The notes: generated by a model not told the origin, from the letters alone. Positions 47,337 through 56,857 are shown, numbered from the stretch's first letter. The stretch: DNA of 64,000 nt from Rhodoferax sp. (GCF_028714215.1 NZ_JAQTMS010000024.1:6156-70155); one strand, 5' to 3'. Translations and numbers: made by a program.

Positions 47337-48588
47337 TCTGGCGCGCTTTCTTCAAAAGGATAACCCGCTGCGCCTGGCGGAAGACCGCATCCTGGTAGAA
47401 CAATTGCGACTGTTGATGGGCAATGTGGGCAGCTCGGTTATTCCCGCGTTTCTGCTGGCGCTTCTGATGTTGTGGGTGTTGAACAACCACGGCAATTCGG
47501 CAGGCCTGTTGCTGTGGTGCGCAGCGGTGATCCTGTCGAAACTGATCTGCTACGTCCATGCGCGCCGCCATCTTGCTTCCGATATTTCATTCACGCATGC
47601 ACGTCGTCTGGCTTGGGAGTTGATGCTTTTGAACGCGGTGGATGGCGCACTCTGGGGTGCGCTGGCGTGGGTCACATTGGACACATCCACGACGGCGGGC
47701 AGCATTCTGGTGGTTTCGGTGACGGCGGGTATCGCGGGCAGCTCCATGTCGCTTCTGTCGCCGGTGCTGCCGGTGTTCGTCATATTCGCTTTTGCCGAAC
47801 TGGCCGCCGTGGCGTCAAAAGTGTTTTTGCTGGGTGATCCCGCCTATAACGCCTTGGGCGTTGCCGGAATTTTATTCATCGCAACATTGCTTGGTCAGGC
47901 ACGCAACAGCTATCTCGCTGCGCGCGTGACGATTGATCTGCGTTTCGAGCTGGCGGATAGCCACAGGCGCCTGCGCGAAATCGAACAGCGGCAGATGCTG
48001 GCACAGGAACGCCAGCGCCTGATGCAGGACATGCACGACGGCCTGGGCTCGTCGCTGGTCAGCGCGTTGCGTGTGGTGGAGCACGGACAGATGGGTGAGT
48101 TTGAAGTGGCGCAGGTGCTCAAAGGTTGCATCGACGATCTCAAGCTGGCGATCGATTCGCTGGAGCCGGTGGAAGCCGACTTGCTGCTGTTGCTGGCAAC
48201 GCTGCGCTTCCGTCTCGGACCGCGCCTGGAAAGCACCGGCATTGCTTTGCGCTGGGAAGTGACCAGCGTGCCCAGCCTCGAATGGCTCAACCCGAAAATA
48301 GCGCTGCACATTTTGCGCATCCTGCAGGAGGCGTTCACCAACATCATCAAGCACACGCAAGCCACGGAGATACGCGTCACCACTCCCGTCGATGGCAGTC
48401 ATGTCGTGGTGTGCATCGTCGATAACGGCGCAGGGTTCTCGGTCGCTGACGCGCTCAGGAATGGCGGCAAGGGGTTGTCAAACCAGCAGCGCCGCGCTCA
48501 AGCCATCGGCGCGGAGGTGGGCTGGGAATCGAGCCACGCGGGAAGTTGTTTCAGTTTGCGCTTGCCCATCGGGAAGACGGTGAATTGA
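47329..48588 (+). CDS. Membrane sensor histidine kinase (HisKA_3 type)
   Basis: Multiple N-terminal TM helices; ERQRLMQDMHDGLGSSL H-box, EAFTNIIKH, DNGAGF, GKGL. Confidence 0.95.
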   Translation: MISLARFLQKDNPLRLAEDRILVEQLRLLMGNVGSSVIPAFLLALLMLWVLNNHGNSAGLLLWCAAVILSKLICYVHARRHLASDISFTHARRLAWELMLLNAVDGALWGALAWVTLDTSTTAGSILVVSVTAGIAGSSMSLLSPVLPVFVIFAFAELAAVASKVFLLGDPAYNALGVAGILFIATLLGQARNSYLAARVTIDLRFELADSHRRLREIEQRQMLAQERQRLMQDMHDGLGSSLVSALRVVEHGQMGEFEVAQVLKGCIDDLKLAIDSLEPVEADLLLLLATLRFRLGPRLESTGIALRWEVTSVPSLEWLNPKIALHILRILQEAFTNIIKHTQATEIRVTTPVDGSHVVVCIVDNGAGFSVADALRNGGKGLSNQQRRAQAIGAEVGWESSHAGSCFSLRLPIGKTVN

Positions 48589-48592
48589 ACGG

Positions 48593-48978
48593 GCGCTGAG
48601 CACCCCACCAACCTGATCTTTCATGCAGGGTTGGTGTGCGACCGGCGCAAACCACAGGCGCTCGCCGCCGAGGGTGCTGCGGTGGGTGGCGCAGCGAAAT
48701 GCCAAACCCCGTTCGGCATAGCGGGAGGATCAGTCCGGTGGGGTACTCAGCTCCGCGGCTGTCCCCCGACCTGCGGTCTCCTCCTTTATGCCGCTGCGCT
48801 GAGTGCCCCGCCAGCCTGATCTTCCAGCAGGGTTGGTGTGCAGCCCGCGCGAACCACCAACGCTCGTCGCCGAGGGCGCTGGGGTGGGTGGCGCAGCGTG
48901 GACTTGGGGTTTTGCCAAATAGAGGGGGAGGCCGAAGGCCGGCGGACATTCGCGGAGCCACCCACCCAAGCACCCTCG
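48593..48978 (+). repeat. Tandem/composite palindromic repeat cluster, right copies
   Basis: Partial unit 48593-48697, full unit 48701-48898, and a 22-bp inverted repeat 48871-48892 / 48957-48978. Confidence 0.88.
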
Positions 48979-49049
48979 ACCCACACATGCATGACCACGT
49001 TTCGACGACCACCATGGAGCGCGAAGAGCTGCTGCTCCGCCGAGCTGAA

Positions 49050-49604
49050 CTACGGGAGCGGGCGACCCTTGCCCTGGGTACCTTCGGCGCGCGCCGAAAG
49101 ATAGGCGTAGAGATCCACAATATGGGCGTTCACGCTGGGTTCGCCTTGCCAGGCGGGCATCATGAGGCCAGGCCCCCTGCGTTGCAGGATTTCCTCGATC
49201 AAGGCGTCCAAGGCCGCGCTTTCGCTTCCTGCCTGAGTCGGCGGAAGATTCCAGTCGTAGCGCTTGAGCACCAGCCCGACGAACCTGCGTGCGCCCATCT
49301 GCCGAACCAGGGGCAGCAGATCCGGACCGATTGCGGTTCCGGTCGCATCGGGTCCGTGACAGCTGGCGCAGCGGTCCTGGAACACGCGCCACCCGGTGTA
49401 GACAGAGCCCGGCGGTCTGGACAGCCGCGCGACCTCTTGAGCCGCCTGTCGGTTCGCCAATTCGACGCCCACCTGGCCCGCGCATCCGGCCAACAGCAGG
49501 GCCGACGCGAGAACACCGCAGCACCGGACGGTGCGACCTATTGCCGACGTCCGACCGGAGGTCGGCTGCACAGAAAACATTGAAAACTTTGCCACTGTTG
49601 CCAC
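49050..49604 (-). CDS. c-type cytochrome lipoprotein (monoheme; start uncertain)
   Basis: LLLAGC lipobox, CASCHG heme motif, LMMPAW distal Met region. Confidence 0.85.
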   Translation of the reverse strand: MATVAKFSMFSVQPTSGRTSAIGRTVRCCGVLASALLLAGCAGQVGVELANRQAAQEVARLSRPPGSVYTGWRVFQDRCASCHGPDATGTAIGPDLLPLVRQMGARRFVGLVLKRYDWNLPPTQAGSESAALDALIEEILQRRGPGLMMPAWQGEPSVNAHIVDLYAYLSARAEGTQGKGRPLP

Positions 49605-49770
49605 CTATTTGCATCATCTTTGCGGCAGCCTAATCGGATCGGTCTGGCCCGGCTTGCGACTTGTCAAGCATTGCGCAAAACACCCGGATCGAGGCCTGGG
49701 CAGAAGGACTGCGGCAGATAGTCAGAACAGGTCGGCTCGAAGGCGCGGCGTCAATGGAGGACCGGGATTG

Positions 49771-51012
49771 CTAAAACAGTTGATCCGGTATTCCTGTCGC
49801 ATCGGCAGCTCGCTGCGCAGATGACAAGGGCGTTGCCGCAGCGTTGGGGTCCAAGGCGCCAGTGGTGTCGGTCTTCACCAGCGAGCCCACACGCACTCCC
49901 AGCAAGCGCAGGCGTTGTGTCAGCGGCACGCGTTTCAGGCACAGTCCGGCGGTGTGGCGAATGGTTTTGGCGTCGGCGATGTGGCGCTCCAGCGTCTGGT
50001 CGCGCGTCACGCCCTTGAAGTCGCTGTAGCGCAACTTGATGCCTATGGTTTTACCGGCGTAGCCCTTGCGCTGCAAATCATCGGCCACCTGCTGGCACAG
50101 GCGGGTGAAGATGGCACCCAGCTCGGCTTTGTCGCGCACCGCGTGCAGGTCGCGATCGAAAGTGGTCTCGCGGCTGATCGACACCGGCTCGCTCTCCAGC
50201 ACCACGGGCCGCGTGTCGCGGCCATGGGCAGCGTCGAACATCCAGGCGCCGGTTTTCTGGCCGAAATGGTCAATCAGCCAGCCCAGTTCCTGTTGCGCCA
50301 ACTGGCCAATGGTTTGAATGCCCAGGCCTTGCAGTTTTTCATCCGCCTTGGGGCCTATGCCGTTGATCTTGCGGCAGGCCAGCGGCCAGATCTTGTCCGC
50401 CAGATCTTCCTCATGGACGATCGAAATCCCCTTTGGTTTGTTGAACTCGCTGGCCATCTTGGCCAGCAGCTTGTTGGGCGCCACGCCGACCGAGCAGGTC
50501 AGGCCGGTCTGGTCGAAGATGGCTTTCTGGATCAGCCGCGCCAGCACGCGGCCGCCTTCGCGCTGGCCGCCCGGGACGTCGGTGAAGTCGATGTAGACCT
50601 CGTCCACGCCGCGATCTTCCATCAGCGGTGCGATCTCCAGGATGATGGCCTTGAAAGCGCGCGAGTATTTGCGGTATTCGGCGAAATCCACCGGCAGCAG
50701 AATGGCTTGCGGGCACAGCTTGGCGGCTTTCATCAAGCCCAGTGCCGAGCCGACACCAAACTGGCGCGCCGCGTAGGTGGCTGTGGTGATGACGCCGCGT
50801 CCGGTGTAGTCCTTGAGCCGGGGGAAGGCGTCGAGCGCAATCCGGTGCAGGGGTAGTTCGCTCTGACCATCCGTCAGCGCCGCGTCGACCGGCCGGCGGC
50901 CGCCGCCGATCACGACCGGCAAACCCTTGAGTTGCGGGTAGCGCAGCAGCTCCACCGACGCATAGAAGGCGTCCATGTCGAGGTGGGCGATGCGGCGTAT
51001 CTTTTCGCTCAT
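49771..51012 (-). CDS. dinB: DNA polymerase IV
   Basis: HLDMDAFYASVE, YAARQFGV, GVDEVYID, NKLLAKMASE..KPKG, RLLGVRV. Confidence 0.95.
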   Translation of the reverse strand: MSEKIRRIAHLDMDAFYASVELLRYPQLKGLPVVIGGGRRPVDAALTDGQSELPLHRIALDAFPRLKDYTGRGVITTATYAARQFGVGSALGLMKAAKLCPQAILLPVDFAEYRKYSRAFKAIILEIAPLMEDRGVDEVYIDFTDVPGGQREGGRVLARLIQKAIFDQTGLTCSVGVAPNKLLAKMASEFNKPKGISIVHEEDLADKIWPLACRKINGIGPKADEKLQGLGIQTIGQLAQQELGWLIDHFGQKTGAWMFDAAHGRDTRPVVLESEPVSISRETTFDRDLHAVRDKAELGAIFTRLCQQVADDLQRKGYAGKTIGIKLRYSDFKGVTRDQTLERHIADAKTIRHTAGLCLKRVPLTQRLRLLGVRVGSLVKTDTTGALDPNAAATPLSSAQRAADATGIPDQLF

Positions 51013-51053
51013 GGGCCAAGGATAGCGCTGAAACCGGGATGTTCTGTCCCCAA

Positions 51054-51067
51054 CTGATAGGGATCAA
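51054..51067. promoter_or_regulatory. FNR-like box between dinB and the Pat-type gene
   Basis: CTGAT-AGGG-ATCAA, 9/10 match. Confidence 0.5.
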
Positions 51068-51131
51068 GACGGAGCCTCTTCAAAAAAGGTATGCTGCGAT
51101 GCAGCAACCATTTTTTAGCTGGAATATCGGT

Positions 51132-53810
51132 ATGGACAAGCACTTTTTGACGCCCCTTTTTTCGCCCCGTTCAATTGCCGTATTTGCCGGCGAGGCGGAT
51201 GACCCGGCGGCGCAGACCTACCAGGCGCGCGCCTTGCACCAGGCACTGCGGGCGCAGCGCTTTGCCGGCACCCTGACGTTTGTCGATATTCACGCCAGCG
51301 GCACGCTGGCCGATCTGGCCGAGGCGCAGGCCGACCTGGCGATCATTGCCCTGCCGCCGGCCGAACTGGCGGCGGCGCTGGAGATGGCCGGGCGCATCAA
51401 GTGCCGCGCCGCCCTGGTGATCGCCAGCGGCATAGCGGCAGCGCAGGCCGACGAGCTGCACAAAATCGCGCAACGCGACGGCATTCATTTGCTGGGTCCC
51501 AATTGCCTGGGTTTTCAGCGCCCGCATTTGCAGCTCAATGCCAGTATCGCCGGTGCCCTGAGCGCGCCAGGCCCGCTGGGGCTGGTTTCGCAATCGGGGG
51601 CCTTGACGGCCTCGATACTGGACTGGGCGCAAAAAAATGGCGTCGGCTTCTCGACCGTGGTGTCGCTCGGTCCCAACGCCTCGGTGGACATGGCCCAGGT
51701 GCTCGATTTTCTGGCCACCGATGCGCAGACCCACAGCATCGTCGTCTATCTGGAAGGCATCAGCAATGCGCGCCGCTTCATGAGCGCCCTGCGCGCCGCC
51801 GCCAACGCGAAACCGGTGGTGGTGCTCAAGGCCGGTCGCAAGGCCGCCGGCAACCTGGCGGCGCTGACCCACTCGGGCACCATTGTCGGCAGCGACGATG
51901 TGTTCGACGCCGCTCTGCGGCGCGCCGGGGCGGTGCGGGTGCGCTCGTTTGTGGCGCTATTCTCGGCCGCCAAATGCCTGGCCTCGCGTTACAAGGCGGT
52001 CGGCCGGCGGCTGGCCATCGTGACCAATGGCGGCGGCCCGGGCGTGCTGGCGGCCGACTGGATCAGCGAGATCAATCTGCAACTGGCCTGCCTGACCAGC
52101 GAGCAGGCGCAGGCCTTGCAGCCGCAGTTGCCGCCACTGGCGTCGCTTAGCGACCTGATTGATGTCTCGGAGGAGGCCGGTCCGGCGCAGTTCAAGGCGG
52201 CGGTCGAAGCGGCAGGCAAGGCGCGCCAGATCGATGGCGTGCTGGTGATTTGTTCGCCCAAAATCGGCACCGACAGCGCGGCCATCGCCAATGTGCTGGT
52301 GGATTCAAATCGGCTGCTGGGCAAGCCCTTGTTCACCTGCCTGATGGGCGATGCCACGGTCGGCGACGCCAGGCACGTTTTGAGCGAGGCCGCCATTCCG
52401 ACCTTTCGCACGCCGGAGGCGGCGGTGGGCGCTTTTGGCAACATCGCCTCGTTCTACCAAAACCAGCAGTTGCTGCAGCAGACACCGCCGCCGATGTCCG
52501 ATCTGGCCAAGCCCGACGTCGAGGGTGCCCGCATGCTGATCGAGAGCGTGCTGGCCGAACGCCGCAAGGTGCTGACCGAGATGGAGTCCAAGGCCTTGCT
52601 GGCGGCATTTCACATTCCGGTCACCCGGACCATTCTGGCGCGCAACGTCAACGAAGCGATCATGATCGCGACCCAGCTGGGTTTTCCGGTGGCGCTCAAG
52701 ATCGACTCGCCCGACATCAGCCACAAGTCCGACGTGCAGGGGGTGGCGCTCAACGTGGTGAACGCGGTGGGCGTGCGCGATGTTTACGCCGAGATGATGC
52801 AGACGGTGGCACGCTTGCAGCCCGAGGCGCGCATCAATGGCGTCACGGTGCAGAACATGTCGAGCCAGAAGCGCGGGCGCGAAGTCTGCATTGGCCTGGT
52901 GACCGACGAACCGTTCGGGCCGGTGATCGCGTTCGGCGCCGGCGGCACCATGATCGAACTGATCAATGACCGGGCCATGGAGTTGCCGCCGCTGAACCAG
53001 TTTCTGGCACACCGGCTGATCGCCCGGGCCCGCGTCGCCGAGATGCTGGGCGACTGGCGTGGCGCGCCGCCGATCGACATGGAGGCGCTGGAGCAAGTGC
53101 TGCTGCGGGTCTCGGAGATGGTGTGCGAGTTGCCGCAGTTGCGCGAGATGGACATCAATCCGATCATCGTCGACGAGACCGGGGCACTGGCGGTGGATGC
53201 GCGCATCGTGGTCGATGCCGCGCCGGCCGCCGCGCGCAGTTACAGCCACCTGGCGATCCTGCCTTATCCGTCGCAATACGAGCAGATCTGGCCGCTGCGC
53301 GGCGGCGGCGAATACACGGTGCGGCCGGTGCACCCGGACGACGCCAGCATGCTGCAGGAGTTTGTCCGCAATCTGTCGCCCGAGAGCCGCTACTTCCGCT
53401 TTGTGTCGAGCATGCAGGAGTTGCCACCCACCTTGCTGGCGCGCTTCACGCTGATCGACTACGACCGCGAAATGGCGCTGGTGGCGGTGTCCCGCGAACT
53501 GGGCGTTGGCCCCGATGGCGAGGCCGTGGAGGTCGAGCGCATGCTGGGGGTGTCGCGCTACATCACCAATCCGGACCGTGCCAGCTGCGAGTTCTCGCTG
53601 GTGGTGGCGGACGACTACAAGGGTAAGGGCCTGGGCTCGCGCCTGATGCTCTCGATCATGGAGTTCGCGCGCGAAAAAGGCTTGACCCAGATCGAAGGTC
53701 TGGTGCTGGCCAACAACCCGACCATGCTCAAGCTGATGCGAGGCCTAGGCTTCGAGGTCAAACCGTTCCCCGAGGATGCCGATTTCAAGCTGGTGACGCA
53801 GGCGCTGTAA
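51132..53810 (+). CDS. Bifunctional acetate--CoA ligase-like / GNAT protein lysine acetyltransferase (Pat family)
   Basis: LFSPRSIAV, GPNCLG, VSQSG, TNGGGPG, HKSDVQGV, EMDINP; C-terminal GNAT KGKGLG. Confidence 0.93.
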   Translation: MDKHFLTPLFSPRSIAVFAGEADDPAAQTYQARALHQALRAQRFAGTLTFVDIHASGTLADLAEAQADLAIIALPPAELAAALEMAGRIKCRAALVIASGIAAAQADELHKIAQRDGIHLLGPNCLGFQRPHLQLNASIAGALSAPGPLGLVSQSGALTASILDWAQKNGVGFSTVVSLGPNASVDMAQVLDFLATDAQTHSIVVYLEGISNARRFMSALRAAANAKPVVVLKAGRKAAGNLAALTHSGTIVGSDDVFDAALRRAGAVRVRSFVALFSAAKCLASRYKAVGRRLAIVTNGGGPGVLAADWISEINLQLACLTSEQAQALQPQLPPLASLSDLIDVSEEAGPAQFKAAVEAAGKARQIDGVLVICSPKIGTDSAAIANVLVDSNRLLGKPLFTCLMGDATVGDARHVLSEAAIPTFRTPEAAVGAFGNIASFYQNQQLLQQTPPPMSDLAKPDVEGARMLIESVLAERRKVLTEMESKALLAAFHIPVTRTILARNVNEAIMIATQLGFPVALKIDSPDISHKSDVQGVALNVVNAVGVRDVYAEMMQTVARLQPEARINGVTVQNMSSQKRGREVCIGLVTDEPFGPVIAFGAGGTMIELINDRAMELPPLNQFLAHRLIARARVAEMLGDWRGAPPIDMEALEQVLLRVSEMVCELPQLREMDINPIIVDETGALAVDARIVVDAAPAAARSYSHLAILPYPSQYEQIWPLRGGGEYTVRPVHPDDASMLQEFVRNLSPESRYFRFVSSMQELPPTLLARFTLIDYDREMALVAVSRELGVGPDGEAVEVERMLGVSRYITNPDRASCEFSLVVADDYKGKGLGSRLMLSIMEFAREKGLTQIEGLVLANNPTMLKLMRGLGFEVKPFPEDADFKLVTQAL

Positions 53811-53832
53811 TTTTCCCCACGCATACCCGCGC

Positions 53833-53862
53833 CCTCTCTGGCGCCGTCGGGCGCCAGAGAGG
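53833..53862. terminator. 13-bp perfect stem-loop after the Pat gene
   Basis: CCTCTCTGGCGCC-GTCG-GGCGCCAGAGAGG; no U-tract, so the terminator role is uncertain. Confidence 0.45.
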
Positions 53863-53895
53863 AGTTCCATTGACTATTTGCCTTTTCAAAAATAT

Positions 53896-53915
53896 ATGAT
53901 TAGAATTCTAATCAT
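53896..53915. promoter_or_regulatory. Perfect 20-bp palindrome, putative MarR operator
   Basis: ATGATTAGAATTCTAATCAT overlaps a TATGAT -10-like hexamer and the ATG; TTGACT at 53870. Confidence 0.7.
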
Positions 53916-54354
53916 GAAAGGTCAAGCCCTCGAACTCATTTCCAGAATCCATCTGGACTGGAAGCGCCGTGTCGCCCGCGGGCTGGCACCCCACGGGATC
54001 ACGCCAAAGCAGATCTTCCTGCTGCGCAAGCTGAGGGAGTCGGCAACACTGACACCCAGCGAAGTCGCGGTTCTGATCCACGGAGACCGACCAAGTACCA
54101 GCTCGATGCTGGACACGCTGGAGCGCTCGGGCTGGATTTGCCGGCAGCGCGATCCGGCCAACGGGAAGCGGGTCATCATCACAATGACGGACGCCGGCCT
54201 GGAGAAGCTCGTCTCGGTGCCCGAGCGCCTGTGGCGCAGCGGCAAGGTCGCAGCGGATCCCGAATCCTGCCTGGAGCACGATGAGCGGGAAGAACTCACA
54301 CGCCTGCTCCAGAAGATGCACCGCGGGATGAATACCCAGCCGCAAGAGCGGTGA
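53914..54354 (+). CDS. MarR-family transcriptional regulator
   Basis: GITPKQIFLL, LDTLERSGWICRQRDPANGKRVIITMTDAG winged helix. Confidence 0.9.
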   Translation: MKGQALELISRIHLDWKRRVARGLAPHGITPKQIFLLRKLRESATLTPSEVAVLIHGDRPSTSSMLDTLERSGWICRQRDPANGKRVIITMTDAGLEKLVSVPERLWRSGKVAADPESCLEHDEREELTRLLQKMHRGMNTQPQER

Positions 54355-54358
54355 CGCC

Positions 54359-55279
54359 ATGCTCGCCTGGCTCGCCTACCTGACAGCCTCCGTCGTTTGG
54401 GGCTCCACCTTCCTTGCCATCGCCTTTGCCATCGAGACCTTCACGCCATGGGGTCTTTCGGCGGTACGCTTCATTCCGGCGGGCATCCTGGCCCTGCTGA
54501 TCGGGCGGCTTCGAAAGGAGAGCTTTCCGTCATGGCGAGAGATTCCCCACATCGCCTTGGTGGGCATCACGTTGCTGGGTCTGTGCATGGCCTTGATCGG
54601 CTGGGCTGAAGGCCGCGTCAGCAGTGGCCTCGCTGCCACGCTGGGAGCCACCGTTCCTTTGTTCCTGGCGTTGATGGATCCGCGCGGACTCGATGCAAAG
54701 GCATGGTGCGGGCTTGGTTTGGGTTTTTTGGGCGTGCTGGTGCTCCTGTGGCCAGCCGAACAAAGTCCGGCCCTTGCCGGCGCAGCGGCGCTTGTCCTTT
54801 CGGCTTCGCTTTGGGCGTACGGAACCTTGTACGGAAAACGCCATGCGGGTGACAGCGGGCACTTTTCCCAGATCGGCCTCGAAATGCTGGTGGCCGGTGC
54901 GCTTTCCCTGCTTGCGGCCTCCCTCACCGGCGGCATTTCCCACGGCAAGTGGAACCCCCGAAGCCTGCTGGCCGTGGGATACCTGATAACTTTCGGCTCC
55001 ATCCTGGCGTACTCAGCCTATATCTATCTCTCGAAGGTCTGGCCTTCCGCTAAAGCGGGGACCTATGCCTACTGGAATCCGGTCGTCGGTGTGCTTCTGG
55101 GCTGCTGGCTCCGGGGCGAGACCTTACACGCGCGCATGCTCCCTGGTCTTGTCTGCATTCTTCTCGGCGTGGCGCTGGTGCAGATTCCTTGGCCGAAGGC
55201 GCTCAGGTCTGGACCAGCGAACCGGGGCGCCACGTACCCCACTGACGAGCCTGGTGTTGGTGCTGGGCGAGGTGTTTGA
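54359..55279 (+). CDS. EamA/DMT family transporter
   Basis: VWGSTFLAI, about 10 TM helices, FGSILAYSAY, YAYWNPVVGVLLG. Confidence 0.92.
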   Translation: MLAWLAYLTASVVWGSTFLAIAFAIETFTPWGLSAVRFIPAGILALLIGRLRKESFPSWREIPHIALVGITLLGLCMALIGWAEGRVSSGLAATLGATVPLFLALMDPRGLDAKAWCGLGLGFLGVLVLLWPAEQSPALAGAAALVLSASLWAYGTLYGKRHAGDSGHFSQIGLEMLVAGALSLLAASLTGGISHGKWNPRSLLAVGYLITFGSILAYSAYIYLSKVWPSAKAGTYAYWNPVVGVLLGCWLRGETLHARMLPGLVCILLGVALVQIPWPKALRSGPANRGATYPTDEPGVGAGRGV

Positions 55280-55293
55280 GCAAGGAGTTCACC

Positions 55294-55698
55294 ATGACCA
55301 GAGCCCAATTCAACGATCCCGTGCAACAGGAAATTTGGGCTACGCTGCGTGCCCTCAACGATGCCTGGACCAAGGGCAACCCGGATGACCTGGCCCAGTA
55401 TTTCCACCGCAACATGGTCGCCATCACAGCCACCGAGCGCAAGCGCATCGATGGCGGCGCGGCCTGCGTGGCGGGCTGGAAAGGCTTTGCCACGTCGACC
55501 CGCATTCACCACTGGACGGAAATCGATCCTGTCATCCACGTGTATGGCGACTCGGCGGTGGTGGCCTATGACTTCGACATGTCCTTCGACATGAACGGAC
55601 GGACCATCCACATGGGCGGGCGCGACATGCTCTTCTTTGTGAAGGAGGCGGGGCGGTGGTGGGTGGTGGCGGATCAGTACTCAGCGTACCCTGGCTGA
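55294..55698 (+). CDS. NTF2/SnoaL-like (DUF4440) protein
   Basis: LNDAW..YFH, VYGDSAVVAY, GRDMLFFVKEAGRWWVVA; RBS AAGGAG. Confidence 0.85.
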   Translation: MTRAQFNDPVQQEIWATLRALNDAWTKGNPDDLAQYFHRNMVAITATERKRIDGGAACVAGWKGFATSTRIHHWTEIDPVIHVYGDSAVVAYDFDMSFDMNGRTIHMGGRDMLFFVKEAGRWWVVADQYSAYPG

Positions 55699-55702
55699 CA
55701 AT

Positions 55703-56857
55703 TCAACTCGGATAAGTGCCCGGCAACAGGATCGATTTGTCCACCGTGTTGATGTCGGTGCGCCCGCAAAACGCCATGGTGAGGTCCAGTTCCTTCTGGA
55801 TGATCTCCAGCGCCTTGGTCACGCCGGCCTGGCCCATGGCGCCCAGGCCGTAGATGTAGGAGCGGCCGATGTAGGTGCCGTGGGCGCCCAGGGCGCGCGC
55901 CTTGAGCACGTCCTGGCCGCTGCGGATGCCGCCGTCCATGTGCACCTCGATCTCCTTGCCGACCGCTTGGACGATCGCTGGCAGCGCCTTGATGGAAGAC
56001 TCGGCACCGTCGAGCTGGCGGCCGCCGTGGTTCGAGACGATCAGCGCGTCGGCGCCGGAGTCGACCGCCAGGCGCGCGTCTTCCACGTCCTGGATGCCTT
56101 TCAAGATCAGCTTGCCGCCCCAGCGTTTCTTGATCCACTCGACGTCGTTCCAGTTCAGCGTCGGGTCGAACTGCTTGCCCGACCACTCCGACAGGGAGCC
56201 CATGTCCTCGACACCGCCGACGTGGCCCACGATGTTGCCGAAGCCGCGCCGCTTGGTGCCCAGCATGCCCAGGCCCCAGCGCGGCTTGGTCATCATGTTG
56301 AGGATGTTGGGCAGCGTCAGCTTGGGCGGCGCGCTCAAACCGTTCTTCAGATCCTTGTGGCGCTGGCCGATGATTTGCAGGTCCAGCGTCAGCACCAGTG
56401 CCGAGCAGTGGGCGGCGCGGGCGCGTTCGATCAGGCGTTCCATGAACTGGCGGTCGCGGATCACATAGACCTGGAACCAGAACGGGTGGTTGCCGGTGCC
56501 CTGGGCCACGTCTTCGATCGAGCAGATGCTCATGGTCGAGAGCGTGAACGGCACGCCGAACGCCTTGGCGGCACGCGCCGCCAGAATCTCGCCGTCGGCG
56601 TGCTGCATGCCGGTCAGGCCGACCGGCGCCAGCGCCACCGGCATCGCCACCGGCTGCCCGATCATGGTGCTGCGCGTGCTGCGGTTGTCCATGTTGATGG
56701 CGACGCGCTGGCGCAGCTTGATGTTCTGAAAATCGGACTCGTTGGCACGGTAAGTGGTCTCGGTCCAGGAGCCGGAGTCGGCGTAGTCGTAGAACATGCG
56801 CGGTACGCGCTTCTCGGCCAGAACGCGCAGGTCTTCGATGTTGGTGATGACGGTCAT
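55703..56857 (-). CDS. lldD: FMN-dependent alpha-hydroxy acid oxidase/dehydrogenase (L-lactate dehydrogenase-like)
   Basis: FYDYADSGS, ILKGI, SNHGGRQLD, DGGIRSGQD. Confidence 0.88.
   Translation of the reverse strand: MTVITNIEDLRVLAEKRVPRMFYDYADSGSWTETTYRANESDFQNIKLRQRVAINMDNRSTRSTMIGQPVAMPVALAPVGLTGMQHADGEILAARAAKAFGVPFTLSTMSICSIEDVAQGTGNHPFWFQVYVIRDRQFMERLIERARAAHCSALVLTLDLQIIGQRHKDLKNGLSAPPKLTLPNILNMMTKPRWGLGMLGTKRRGFGNIVGHVGGVEDMGSLSEWSGKQFDPTLNWNDVEWIKKRWGGKLILKGIQDVEDARLAVDSGADALIVSNHGGRQLDGAESSIKALPAIVQAVGKEIEVHMDGGIRSGQDVLKARALGAHGTYIGRSYIYGLGAMGQAGVTKALEIIQKELDLTMAFCGRTDINTVDKSILLPGTYPS

Noticed and set aside
45854-48978. Repeat clusters as a CRISPR array or integron attC sites
   Set aside because: No regular repeat-spacer periodicity, no cas or integron integrase genes, and no clear attC core ends
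48636-49583. 315-aa plus-strand ORF and the 295-aa minus ORF 48730-49617
   Set aside because: They read through repeat DNA and overlap the motif-bearing cytochrome c gene
49654-49667. TTGCG-ACTT-GTCAA as an FNR box for the cytochrome c gene
   Set aside because: Only 7/10 match; too weak
51013-51131. LexA (CTGT-N8-ACAG) box upstream of dinB
   Set aside because: No match found by eye
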